64,000 nt of DNA from Gammaproteobacteria bacterium. GTDB taxonomy: Bacteria; Pseudomonadota; Gammaproteobacteria; Eutrophobiales; Eutrophobiaceae. The stretch is taken from the NCBI GenBank assembly GCA_965208655.1, contig CBDBPJ010000003.1, positions 449,324 through 513,323 of the forward strand. The letters are read 5' to 3'. Under the pieces are notes generated by a model. That model was not told the origin of the DNA. It made no database searches and saw nothing but the letters and a program-made list of their open reading frames with translations. The translations under genes and the position numbers were made by a program. Below are positions 8,603-18,182 of this stretch, one piece after another; the first letter of the stretch is position 1, and each line of letters begins with the position of its first letter.

Positions 8603-9919
8603 ATGATGCAACAGGTAAGCAGCAATTATTTGAAGGAAATCATGACGGATGCCCATAACAGGACCCTGGAACTGGTGGCCGGCCTGGATGAAGAGCAATT
8701 GATTGGGCCGAAGCTACCTATAGTCAATCCGTTACGCTGGGAGATCGGGCACGTGGCCTGGTTTCATGAGAAGTTTATCCTGCGCGACCTGTACGGCCGC
8801 CCCCCACTGTTGGCAAACGGTGATGCCATCTATGATTCCATCGCCATCCATCATGAACAGCGCTGGGACCTGCCGCTGTTGAGTATGCAGGAGACGCTGG
8901 ATTACATCGGGAACGTCCTCGATGACTGCCTGTCGTTGCTGCCGGACGGTAGCGCGGACCCGGCACAGAGTTATATATACCGGTTTTCCACCTACCATGA
9001 AGACATGCATACCGAGGCTTATTGCTGGTCGCGCCAGACCTTGGCCTATCCGAAGCCTTCGTTTGCAAATGCGCTGAGACCGGAAGATGCGGATGCCGGG
9101 GCCTGGCCCGGGGATGCGGTTGTCCCGGGACGGGTTTTTTTCCCTGGAGCCGGCAAAGAAACACCGTTTGTCTTCGATAACGAAAAATGGGCGCATGAAG
9201 TCACCGTGGAACCGTTTCACATCGCAAAAGCGCCGGTCACCAATGCCGGGTTCATGGATTTCGTCAATGCGGGGGGGTATCGATACCGGGAGTTCTGGAG
9301 TGATGAAGGCTGGGCCTGGCGGGAGCAGGCAAACGCCGGGCATCCGGTGTACTGGATTGCCGGAGACCGGGGTGAATGGCGGCTGAGGCGGTTTAACGAG
9401 ACAGGGGCTATGCCGCTTCATCAACCTGTCATTCATGTGAACTGGTACGAAGCCGAAGCGTATTGCCGCTGGGCAGGCAGGCGCTTGCCGACGGAAACGG
9501 AGTGGGAAGCCGCCGCACTGGGCGAATCCGGGCAGGACAACAGCGGGCTTGCTTCGGAAAAACGGAGTTACCCGTGGGGAGAACAGCCGCCGGATAGCCG
9601 GCAGGCAAATCTCGATGGCCGTGCGCTGGGATGTATCGATGTGGCCGCCCTGCCTGAAGGAGACAGCGCGTTTGGCTGCCGGCAGATGATCGGCAACGTA
9701 TGGGAATGGACATCAAGTACGTTTGCCCCGTTTCCCGGGTTTTCTCCGGATGCCTACAAGGAATATTCCGAACCGCTGTTTTATGACACCAGGGTATTGA
9801 AAGGTGGTACCTGGGCAACCCGAAGCCGCATGATCACGGGCCGGTACCGTAATTTTTTCACCCCGGACCGGCGCGACGTGCTGGCAGGTTTCAGGACCTG
9901 CGCGCTAACTTCAAGTTAG
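8603..9919 (+). CDS. senA: EgtB-like protein (DinB-like N-domain + FGE-sulfatase C-domain), candidate selenoneine synthase SenA
   Basis: 438 aa. The DinB-type N-terminus (NPLRWEIGHVAWFHE, HEDMHTE) and the FGE-sulfatase motifs (VNWYEAEAYCRWAGRRLPTE, GNVWEWT, RVLKGG) match EgtB/OvoA-type C-S/C-Se bond-forming enzymes. Confidence 0.65.
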   Translation: MMQQVSSNYLKEIMTDAHNRTLELVAGLDEEQLIGPKLPIVNPLRWEIGHVAWFHEKFILRDLYGRPPLLANGDAIYDSIAIHHEQRWDLPLLSMQETLDYIGNVLDDCLSLLPDGSADPAQSYIYRFSTYHEDMHTEAYCWSRQTLAYPKPSFANALRPEDADAGAWPGDAVVPGRVFFPGAGKETPFVFDNEKWAHEVTVEPFHIAKAPVTNAGFMDFVNAGGYRYREFWSDEGWAWREQANAGHPVYWIAGDRGEWRLRRFNETGAMPLHQPVIHVNWYEAEAYCRWAGRRLPTETEWEAAALGESGQDNSGLASEKRSYPWGEQPPDSRQANLDGRALGCIDVAALPEGDSAFGCRQMIGNVWEWTSSTFAPFPGFSPDAYKEYSEPLFYDTRVLKGGTWATRSRMITGRYRNFFTPDRRDVLAGFRTCALTSS

Positions 9920-10144
9920 TTGCTATACGGCGCGGCCCTTACGATGATCTTGAATACTATGATGCGGCTTCCGCCAGGAAGAAATAAGTCCCGGTTGCAT
10001 TCACACTGTGGGGCTCTCTATTTGAGGAAAGGAAGTTGTGCCGGATCGGCGATTACATTAAAAACTAATATAATATTAATAAGTTAAGAAAGAAACTGAA
10101 TGTGTAATATTAGATGTCTATCACATTGAGGACTTAATTCGGGA

Positions 10145-11539
10145 ATGAACAGTGACAAACAGCATCTGAGAAGCCTGCCGTCGGTAGATCGCGTACTGCG
10201 CGAGACGGCCCATCTTGCCGAGCAATGGGGGCATGAGCGTGTGACGGCTGCAATCCGCAATGAGCTTGAACAGATGCGACATAACCCGGAAGCGTTAAAC
10301 ACTGCCGGCAAGACATCATTATTAAGCCATGTCGTGGCTGCCGTTGAAACTGAACTGGAAAATGCCGCGCAGAGCAGTCTGGTTAGCGTATTCAACCTGA
10401 CCGGTACGGTATTGCATACCAACCTTGGCCGCGCATCACTCCCCGAGGAGGCATTGCAAGCGGTGCAGGCCGCGGCGCGCTCGCCCTCCAACCTGGAATA
10501 CGATTTGGGGACCGGAATGCGCGGTGATCGCGATAGTCACGTGGAACGGCTGCTGTGTCAGCTCTGTGATGTGGAAGCGGCAACGGTGGTGAACAACAAT
10601 GCCGCCGCGGTACTGCTGGTATTGAATACTCTGGCAAAGGAGTCGGAGGTTCCTGTCTCCCGAGGTGAACTGGTCGAGATAGGCGGTTCATTTCGCATCC
10701 CGGAGATCATGCAGAGTTCAGGGTGCGTCCTGGTCGAGGTCGGTACGACCAACCGTACCCACCTGAAGGATTATAAAAATGCCGTAAACGACAAAACCGC
10801 GTTGTTGCTCAAGGTGCATGCGAGCAATTATCAGATCCAGGGCTTCACAAGCAGCGTTACCGAAACGGAACTGGCGCAACTGGCCCATGAGTTCGGATTA
10901 CCTTTTATCGTCGATTTGGGCAGCGGTAACCTGGTCGACTTTCCCGCGTTCAACCTGCCCGATGAACCCACCGTGGCGCACACGGTGAAGAACGGCGCGG
11001 ATATTGTCACGTTCAGTGGCGACAAGCTGCTGGGCGGTCCCCAGTGCGGCATCATCGCCGGTAAACGGGAATTGATAACCAGGATCAAGAAGAACCCCAT
11101 GAAGCGGGCCCTGCGCGTCGACAAGATGACACTGGCTGCCCTGTTGGAAGTATTCAGGCTCTATCAGGACCCGTCCCGGTTGGCGGAAAAACTGCCGACC
11201 CTTGCATTCCTGACCCGGCCGGCAGCCGAGATACGCACCCAGGCCGAACGGCTTGCTCCCAGGGTAGCAGAAGCGTTGGCACCCCGTTATGAAGTCGCGG
11301 TAAGCGAATGTCACAGCCAGGTAGGCAGCGGCGCACTGCCGGTTGATACGCTACCCAGCTATGGTTTAAGGATCAGTGCTGCGGATGAGTCGGATGAAGC
11401 GATCAGGCAACTGGCCGAGTCCATGCGCCGGCTGGCTGTACCGGTCATCGGCCGCATCAACAAGGGTGCCTATTTCCTGGATCTGCGTTGCCTGGATAGG
11501 GAGGAAGAATTTGATGCCCAGCTTGAGCAGTGGAAATAA
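10145..11539 (+). CDS. selA: L-seryl-tRNA(Sec) selenium transferase
   Basis: 464 aa. N-terminal LPSVDRVL motif, NLEYDL..G.RG.R, the PLP-lysine region FSGDKLLGGPQ.G, and KVDK at the C-terminal domain are classic SelA features. Confidence 0.9.
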   Translation: MNSDKQHLRSLPSVDRVLRETAHLAEQWGHERVTAAIRNELEQMRHNPEALNTAGKTSLLSHVVAAVETELENAAQSSLVSVFNLTGTVLHTNLGRASLPEEALQAVQAAARSPSNLEYDLGTGMRGDRDSHVERLLCQLCDVEAATVVNNNAAAVLLVLNTLAKESEVPVSRGELVEIGGSFRIPEIMQSSGCVLVEVGTTNRTHLKDYKNAVNDKTALLLKVHASNYQIQGFTSSVTETELAQLAHEFGLPFIVDLGSGNLVDFPAFNLPDEPTVAHTVKNGADIVTFSGDKLLGGPQCGIIAGKRELITRIKKNPMKRALRVDKMTLAALLEVFRLYQDPSRLAEKLPTLAFLTRPAAEIRTQAERLAPRVAEALAPRYEVAVSECHSQVGSGALPVDTLPSYGLRISAADESDEAIRQLAESMRRLAVPVIGRINKGAYFLDLRCLDREEEFDAQLEQWK

Positions 11540-11571
11540 CGTCTTTCTTATCCGACCTGTACTTGACCCGC

Positions 11572-12633
11572 CTAGGCACATATTTCATTGGTAGTAAGAT
11601 TTTTCAACAAGTTATCGTTATCAACAGCCCCTTCGATTTCACGCAGCCACCTGCGGTACTGGATGGATACCATATCGGTCGGGACGGATATCTCGTTAAT
11701 GTCGAAGGGGATTTGTGGCGGGTTCTGTGCTTCGATCACCACAATATCTTCTTCCAGTACACGTTCCTGAAATGCCAGATGAGGATAATCGGGCTCATCC
11801 TTATTGTGATCACGGCAGGTAAACCAGAAACTGCGGCAATGACCCTCGTCAAGGGGTGATGCACTCATCCATAAGATGGCTCGATTGCCTTTCCCGGCTT
11901 TGCTGATGAGTTCAAATTCCAGGTTGACAGTAAACGGCATGGTAATCTGGTAATTCGTTTTTCCCATTAAAGACACATCAGGGATGGGCATATCATCGGT
12001 CTGGGGATTGAAATGAAAAACCAATTGACCGTTATTACGTTCGATTGACGGGGGTGATACTTCCGTCATGTTCGGATCAAACAGTGTGTTTGGATGTACG
12101 TAAGGAAAATGGGCTAAATCCACAAAATTCTCCAGGCGCCTGGCTGCGGAAGTTGGCCAGGTATAGGGTTTGCCGATAACTGCCTTGAACGCGTCATCAT
12201 CAAATCCGGGACAGGGAGGGATTTCTGTCTCTGCATCGGTTTCAAGACGAACCCATACGAGGTCGTATTTTACTTCAGCAGCATATTTTTGAATTTTTGC
12301 ACGACCCGGTATTCTTAAATCACGGCACGCAGGAATGTCGACACATTTTCCGGTACTGTCATAAGCCCAGCCATGATAACGGCAGCGTATTCTCCCATCA
12401 TCTATGAAGCCCCTGGACAAGGATGTTGAACGGTGCGCGCACCGATCGGCGAAAACGGAAATACTCCCGTCCAGTTTTGCTATAACCAGGGCCTCACCCA
12501 GCAACTGCACCTGGAGCGGACCATTACCGGAGGGGTCTGCCGAATACAATTCCTCCAAAGTACAGACAGGATGCCAAAAGTGACGCCAGGTCTCTTCTTT
12601 GATAAACCGGCCCTTATTTTTCTCTATGGTCAT
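11572..12633 (-). CDS. Rieske [2Fe-2S] aromatic oxygenase/O-demethylase alpha subunit (phthalate/VanA-type family)
   Basis: 353 aa. Rieske motif CAHRSTSLSRG...CRYHGW and a C-terminal mononuclear-iron domain (DLAHFPYVH). Confidence 0.8.
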   Translation of the reverse strand: MTIEKNKGRFIKEETWRHFWHPVCTLEELYSADPSGNGPLQVQLLGEALVIAKLDGSISVFADRCAHRSTSLSRGFIDDGRIRCRYHGWAYDSTGKCVDIPACRDLRIPGRAKIQKYAAEVKYDLVWVRLETDAETEIPPCPGFDDDAFKAVIGKPYTWPTSAARRLENFVDLAHFPYVHPNTLFDPNMTEVSPPSIERNNGQLVFHFNPQTDDMPIPDVSLMGKTNYQITMPFTVNLEFELISKAGKGNRAILWMSASPLDEGHCRSFWFTCRDHNKDEPDYPHLAFQERVLEEDIVVIEAQNPPQIPFDINEISVPTDMVSIQYRRWLREIEGAVDNDNLLKNLTTNEICA

Positions 12634-12654
12634 GTAATTCCCCCGTATGCGGGG

Positions 12655-13512
12655 TCAGGTCGCATTGATTGTCAGCGTATCCTCCAGAACGGTCAATCCC
12701 ATCCCTGATAACATCGGCAGGTAGTAATTCCGGTGGATCTTGTTGACCTTCGGGGTTAATGCGCCGCGCATCCCGAGCCACACCATCATCTCCACCGCTT
12801 CGGCGCCACCTCGTTCCATCCATTCATCATGAGGGATATCGACCAGGCTTTCCGGATCGTCTTCGATCCGGTCAAGAAATTCCTGGTCCCAGTCCGAGTT
12901 CATATGGCCGAAACGATCCCCGTGCAACTGGTGAGAAAGTCCACCGGTGCCCACAACAACTACACGCACGTCATCGGGATAGGACTCTACGGCTGTGCGC
13001 AGTGCCTGTCCAAGTTTCCATAACCGGTGCGGTGTCGGTAACGGATGCTGCAGCACATTGACCTGGAAGGGCACAGTCCTGACGCTCCAGTCAGGTTCAT
13101 GATCGAACAATAACGGCAACGGCACCAGGATGCCGTGATCCATCACCATATCCTGGCAGATGGTGAGATCGAATTCACTCTCTACCACCAGGGAGTTAGC
13201 CAGGTGCCAGGAAAATTCGGCATCACCCTTTACCGCGGGCAGCGGACGCGCCCCCCAGCCTTCATCACCGATAGGGTACTCGTCGGCAACACCCAGCGCG
13301 AACGTCGGGTACTTGTCAAAAAAGAAATCGGTGCCATGGTCGTTGTACAGAACGATGGCGTGAGTTATCCCGACGTCCTTCAACCAGGCTTTTGCAGGCT
13401 TATAACCATCAAACAGGGGCTTCCACCCCGGCGCCTCCTGCTGGTTTTGATCGAAAGCCACGCCAACCGAAGGAACGTGGGACGAACCGATACCGGCAAC
13501 TAGTCTACCCAT
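12655..13512 (-). CDS. ligB: Protocatechuate 4,5-dioxygenase beta subunit (class III extradiol dioxygenase)
   Basis: 285 aa. GIGSSHVP, LYNDHG and GTGGLSHQL motifs of LigB-type dioxygenases; immediately downstream of a LigA-like gene. Confidence 0.8.
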   Translation of the reverse strand: MGRLVAGIGSSHVPSVGVAFDQNQQEAPGWKPLFDGYKPAKAWLKDVGITHAIVLYNDHGTDFFFDKYPTFALGVADEYPIGDEGWGARPLPAVKGDAEFSWHLANSLVVESEFDLTICQDMVMDHGILVPLPLLFDHEPDWSVRTVPFQVNVLQHPLPTPHRLWKLGQALRTAVESYPDDVRVVVVGTGGLSHQLHGDRFGHMNSDWDQEFLDRIEDDPESLVDIPHDEWMERGGAEAVEMMVWLGMRGALTPKVNKIHRNYYLPMLSGMGLTVLEDTLTINAT

Positions 13513-13537
13513 TTTATTGCTCCACTGTGTTTTGCTG

Positions 13538-13906
13538 TTACATATTTTGCCGCAACGGCACGTTGCGGGTCTTCATGAATTCTTCCACCGATTCGCCACG
13601 CTGCTGTGCACCGATGGGGACCAGGCCATCACCGGTCATGGCGCCGACTTTCAACAGCATATAGATGTTGCCGCCGCCTTCTTCAATCAGTGCCTTCCAG
13701 TCCTTCTCCTTAACCTTTTGTTGCTCCCAGGCGGAAAGACCGTAGCTGTTCATATAGGCTTCCGGATCTTTACGATAAGCCTCCCGGTTTTCGGCTTTGT
13801 GAAGAGAAAAGGCAAAACTGTTCAGTTTCAGCCCTTTCTGCGACCTTTGCCCGGTGAACACGCATGTGCCCGGGATATGATCACTGTGACCCGTTTCTCT
13901 ACTCAT
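13538..13906 (-). CDS. ligA: Protocatechuate 4,5-dioxygenase alpha subunit
   Basis: 122 aa. LigA-like sequence (NSYGLSAWEQQKVKEKDW, GGNIYMLLK) directly upstream of ligB. Confidence 0.75.
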   Translation of the reverse strand: MSRETGHSDHIPGTCVFTGQRSQKGLKLNSFAFSLHKAENREAYRKDPEAYMNSYGLSAWEQQKVKEKDWKALIEEGGGNIYMLLKVGAMTGDGLVPIGAQQRGESVEEFMKTRNVPLRQNM

Positions 13907-14012
13907 AATTCTCTACCTGGTTCGTGAAAAGTTGAAGGGACGCGGACCCCGTCAGACTGTGCAGTATGCGCATATCGGCACAGGTGATCAATGTCAGGGA
14001 AGGGGTTGGCAT

Positions 14013-15197
14013 TCAGAGCTCCGGCCAGTAATCGAACGGTAGCCCTGTATGTTGCCTGGCATAGGATATCTGGGAGGTCTCGTCAGACACCAGGTATTCC
14101 AGTTCCGCCACTTGCATACGGCGTTCGAAGGGGTTGCTGTCGGGGTGGATATGATACTTGGCCGTGTTACCCGAAGAAAAACGCTGGCACTGGAGGTTAC
14201 GCGCCAGGGCGACGTCGGCATAGCGGTCTAAAATGGTAGCATCGTCCTTTGTAAAGTATTCGATCAGCGCGGCGGACAGGACACTCACATCGGCAAAGGC
14301 CGCGTTAAGGCCCTTGGCGCCCGTCGGCGGGACGATGTGCGAGGCGTCACCGCACAGAAACAAACGGCCATGGGACATGGGTTGGGAGAAGAAACTCCGC
14401 AGCGGGGTCACATCTTTCTGGAAGATCTCCCCTCGCTCAAGCTCCCAGCCGGGGGCGCCCAGGCGCGTGTCGAGTTCTTCCCAGATCCGCTCATCGGGCC
14501 ATTCGTTGATATCTTCATCCGGCGCGCACTGGAGATAGAGCCGCGATACTTTCGGTGAACGCATGCTCAACAGGGCAAAGCCGCGTTCATGATGGCAAAA
14601 CATCGCGACATCCTTCGACGGAGGCGCTTTGGCCATCACGCCGAGCCAGCCGTAGGGATAAACATTCTCGTACGTCTTGAGGACGCCGGCCGGGATCGAA
14701 TGGCGCGAAGGACCATGAAAACCATCGGCGCCGATAACGAATTCACAGCTTATTTCCTTGTCCACGCCCTCGTGAGTGTACTTCACCGTCGGGGAATCGC
14801 CCTCAATACCCTCGATTGCCGTGGCGGGCGCCTCATAGAAAACCTTGTGATCTTCCGCGGCAAGCGCGCCCAGCAGGTCCTTGGTAAGCTCTGACTGGCC
14901 GTATATGGTGACGCCAACCCCTATCAGCTTATCGAAATCGAGAAAGTGATGCTCATTATGCAGGCCGATGACCACACCCGGATGATACATGCATTCCTTT
15001 TTCAGGCGTTCGCCGACACCTGCCTTGATCATCAGGTCTACCGCGTTTTTCTCCATGACACCGGCACGAATGCGACTTTCGACGTATTCACGGCTTTTCC
15101 TTTCCAGGACGACACTTTCGATCCCGCGCTGACGTAAAATCCAGGCCAGGAGCGAACCTGCCGGACCGGCGCCCACTATCACGACTGGTACATGCAT
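14013..15197 (-). CDS. pobA: 4-hydroxybenzoate 3-monooxygenase
   Basis: 394 aa. VVIVGAGPAGSLLA FAD motif and GDASHIVPPTGAKGLN; it aligns along its whole length with my recollection of PobA. Confidence 0.9.
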   Translation of the reverse strand: MHVPVVIVGAGPAGSLLAWILRQRGIESVVLERKSREYVESRIRAGVMEKNAVDLMIKAGVGERLKKECMYHPGVVIGLHNEHHFLDFDKLIGVGVTIYGQSELTKDLLGALAAEDHKVFYEAPATAIEGIEGDSPTVKYTHEGVDKEISCEFVIGADGFHGPSRHSIPAGVLKTYENVYPYGWLGVMAKAPPSKDVAMFCHHERGFALLSMRSPKVSRLYLQCAPDEDINEWPDERIWEELDTRLGAPGWELERGEIFQKDVTPLRSFFSQPMSHGRLFLCGDASHIVPPTGAKGLNAAFADVSVLSAALIEYFTKDDATILDRYADVALARNLQCQRFSSGNTAKYHIHPDSNPFERRMQVAELEYLVSDETSQISYARQHTGLPFDYWPEL

Positions 15198-16231
15198 TGT
15201 CTTGTCTCCTGGTCCGAATTTGTTTTGTTTAAGCGGGCAAATACCCTGCGGGCATTGCCCTCAAAGATGGCCGTTTTTTCATCTTTGCCCAATGTATTAT
15301 TATTATCGATGTAACGTTTGGTGTCGTCGAAATAATGGCCGGTTTCGGGGTCTATGCCGCGTACTGCGCCTATCATTTCTGATGCAAACAAAATATTCCT
15401 GGTTGGAATCACGTCCACCAGCAAATCAATCCCGGGCTGGTGATAAACACAGGTGTCAAAATAGACATTGTTCAACAATAATTCATTGAGCGGAGGCAGT
15501 TTCATCATGTCGGCCAGGCCGCGGAAACGTCCCCAGTGATAGGGTACCGCACCGCCGCCATGGGGGATGATGAACCTGACGTCCGGAAAGTCCCGGCACA
15601 CAGTCGATGTCATCAACTGCATAAAGGCCGTAGTGTCGGCGCTCAGGTAATAGGAACCGGTGGTCTGAAAGGCATGATTACAGGCCCCGCTCACATGGAT
15701 CATGGCAGGAACATCCAGTTCGCACATTTTTTCGTATATCGGATACCAGTAGCGATCTCCCAGGGGAGGGGAGTCCCAGTGGCCGCCGGATGGATCCGGG
15801 TTCAGGTTAAACCCGACAAAGCCGAACTCAAGTACACAACGCTCCAGTTCCAGAACGGCATTACGTAGTCCTGCCCCTAGTGTCTGGGGCAACTGGCATC
15901 CTCCGGCGAAGTTATCCGGGTATAACTGCGTGATGCGATAGATTAACTCGTTACAGTGCTCAGACCAGAATTTACTGGTGCTCTCATTGCCGACATGATG
16001 CCCCATCCAGCTGGCGCGCGGCGAGAATATGGTGAGATCGATACCCCGAGTCCGTTGCAGTTCTAACTGTGCTCCTTCAAGGCTTTCCCGCAACTGGTCA
16101 TCGCTGATATCGATGACGCCTTTCTCATGTTGAAAGTGTGCGTCTTCGGCCAGTTCCGCTTTTTGTTGCTCGCGGTATTCGCCCAGCGCAGCCGGCGCCG
16201 TGGTGTAGTGGCCGTGACAATCAATAACCAT
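15179..16231 (-). CDS. ligJ: Amidohydrolase-2 family, 4-oxalomesaconate hydratase-like
   Basis: 350 aa. The N-terminus MVIDCHGHYTTAP..EYREQQKA resembles LigJ; the gene lies within the lig-type cluster. Confidence 0.65.
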   Translation of the reverse strand: MVIDCHGHYTTAPAALGEYREQQKAELAEDAHFQHEKGVIDISDDQLRESLEGAQLELQRTRGIDLTIFSPRASWMGHHVGNESTSKFWSEHCNELIYRITQLYPDNFAGGCQLPQTLGAGLRNAVLELERCVLEFGFVGFNLNPDPSGGHWDSPPLGDRYWYPIYEKMCELDVPAMIHVSGACNHAFQTTGSYYLSADTTAFMQLMTSTVCRDFPDVRFIIPHGGGAVPYHWGRFRGLADMMKLPPLNELLLNNVYFDTCVYHQPGIDLLVDVIPTRNILFASEMIGAVRGIDPETGHYFDDTKRYIDNNNTLGKDEKTAIFEGNARRVFARLNKTNSDQETRQCMYQS

Positions 16232-16233
16232 GA

Positions 16234-16962
16234 TCAGTCGTTTAAATCGTCCGGTGAATCCAGGTAAACCAGGCCTGCTTTTTCCAGTCGCGGGCGCATG
16301 TCGTATATATCCAGGCCTAAAATACCGTTTGCCAGTTGTTTACGTTTCTCCGCCTCGTTTTGTTCCCGGGTCCGGGCTGCGGCCAAAGCAGATTCGGCTT
16401 GGTGTCTCGGAATCACTACCACGCCGTCATCATCCGCAACCACTACATCACCTGGATTGACGGGCTGGCCGGCACAGACGATGGGTACGTTTACCGAACC
16501 AGGCGTGTTTTTAACCGTGCCCCTGGCTGACACCGCTTTGGACCAAACGGGGAAACTCATATCCTCCAGTGTTGCCACGTCGCGTACGCCGGCATCTATC
16601 ACAAGGCCTTTTACACCTCGGGCCTGGGCCGAAGTGGCCAATAAATCACCAAACATGCCGTCGGTATTGTCCGTGGTGCAAGCTGCCACGAGGACGTCTC
16701 CAGGCCGGCAAAGTTCTATAGCCACATGCAACATCCAGTTGTCGCCAGGCTGGGCCAGAATCGTTATGGCACTGCCTGCCATCCGGGCGCGCCGGTATAT
16801 GGGCCGCATATAGGGTTTTAACAAACCCGTCCGTCCCAGTGCTTCATGTATTGTGGCGACGCCCAGGCTATCCAGTGCTTCCACGACCGCGGCATCTGCC
16901 CGTTCAATGTTTCGAACTGCTACCGTTCTCATCAGCTTACTTTCCTCATCTGGCGGGAACAT
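16234..16962 (-). CDS. ligK: RraA-family 4-carboxy-4-hydroxy-2-oxoadipate aldolase/oxaloacetate decarboxylase
   Basis: 242 aa. RraA-fold motifs ([25 protein letters not shown]-like) within the meta-cleavage cluster. Confidence 0.8.
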   Translation of the reverse strand: MFPPDEESKLMRTVAVRNIERADAAVVEALDSLGVATIHEALGRTGLLKPYMRPIYRRARMAGSAITILAQPGDNWMLHVAIELCRPGDVLVAACTTDNTDGMFGDLLATSAQARGVKGLVIDAGVRDVATLEDMSFPVWSKAVSARGTVKNTPGSVNVPIVCAGQPVNPGDVVVADDDGVVVIPRHQAESALAAARTREQNEAEKRKQLANGILGLDIYDMRPRLEKAGLVYLDSPDDLND

Positions 16963-18019
16963 ACACTACACCCCTGCTCAGCAGGCGTGCAGTGCGCAGC
17001 AAGCTCACTTTTTCAATTACCGGAAATTCTCCGGAATCATTCACTTGCAGAGCTACGGAAAACTCTCCGATAGGGTGTTCCACTGATATGGTTTTGACTT
17101 CGCCCCCTGGCCGTTCGACCATTCCCTCTACGACCGATCCAGGTAATATGCAGGCGGTAGCTGCCGACACTGCTCCCAACACACCGACAGCCGCATGACA
17201 TTTGTGAGGAATGAATGTTCGTGTGTTGACCAGTCCTCCATTTACCGCAGGCGACGCAAGGCACATCTTCGGAATGGTCTTGTTTTTCACGTCATCCAGG
17301 TTCATACCGGGGCCGATTTGAAGTCGAATAGACTCCAATCTCGCCTTTAAATCCTCATTCGCGCTCAGTTCAAGCGGTGACTCATAGCCGCTGATGCCGA
17401 AATCTTTTGCCCGCAAGACCACGACAGGCATGCCATTGTCAACGCAGGTCATTTCCACACCGTCTACAATATCCAGTACCCGGCCGGTGGGCAGGAGGTC
17501 GCCACAGATTGAGCCGGCCAGATCCTGGTAGGAGCAAAGCACCGGCGCCGCACTGCCCGGCACACCATCAATTTGAATTTCGCCCTCGTACTCCGTTTTT
17601 CCACCGGGCGTAGACAGTTCCAACTCGCTCAATCTTCCACTGTTGACCAGGTGCACGGTAAGCCGGGTTTTCTCTTCATGTGCCGGCACCAGGCCGGTCT
17701 CTATGGCAAAGGGCCCGACGCCCGCGAGGATGTTTCCGCAATTTGGTGTGGTATCGACCTTGTCCTGACCTACCACGACCTGTACGAACAGGAAGTCGAT
17801 ATCTGCGTCCGGCCGGGACGAACGGCTCACGATAGCCACCTTGCTGGTGAGGGGATCGGCGCCGCCCAGGCCGTCTATCTGCCGTTCACCCCGGCCCATG
17901 GCATCAAGCAGCACTTCATTACGCCGTGCCGGGTCCGCGGGTAAGTCTTCAGCAAGGAAATACAAGCCTTTCGAACTCCCACCGCGTATTTGCATATACG
18001 GAATCGCTAACTGTTTCAC
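16946..18019 (-). CDS. ligU: PrpF-family 4-oxalomesaconate tautomerase/isomerase
   Basis: 357 aa. The N-terminus [16 protein letters not shown] and the CGN motif ([15 protein letters not shown]) are typical of PrpF/GalD/LigU. Confidence 0.75.
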   Translation of the reverse strand: MKQLAIPYMQIRGGSSKGLYFLAEDLPADPARRNEVLLDAMGRGERQIDGLGGADPLTSKVAIVSRSSRPDADIDFLFVQVVVGQDKVDTTPNCGNILAGVGPFAIETGLVPAHEEKTRLTVHLVNSGRLSELELSTPGGKTEYEGEIQIDGVPGSAAPVLCSYQDLAGSICGDLLPTGRVLDIVDGVEMTCVDNGMPVVVLRAKDFGISGYESPLELSANEDLKARLESIRLQIGPGMNLDDVKNKTIPKMCLASPAVNGGLVNTRTFIPHKCHAAVGVLGAVSAATACILPGSVVEGMVERPGGEVKTISVEHPIGEFSVALQVNDSGEFPVIEKVSLLRTARLLSRGVVYVPAR

Positions 18020-18182
18020 GTTCGCGCTTCTGGTTTGTGTAATAACAGCGTATTTCCAATCCGTTCAGCCAACCAATGGGAATTAATTACCCAACCATGC
18101 GAAAAAGTAATCCGGCCATCCTCACCATGCCCCCGGTTCATCCGGGGACCAAAGCAACATGCCTGTTTCCCGTCCTGAATAA

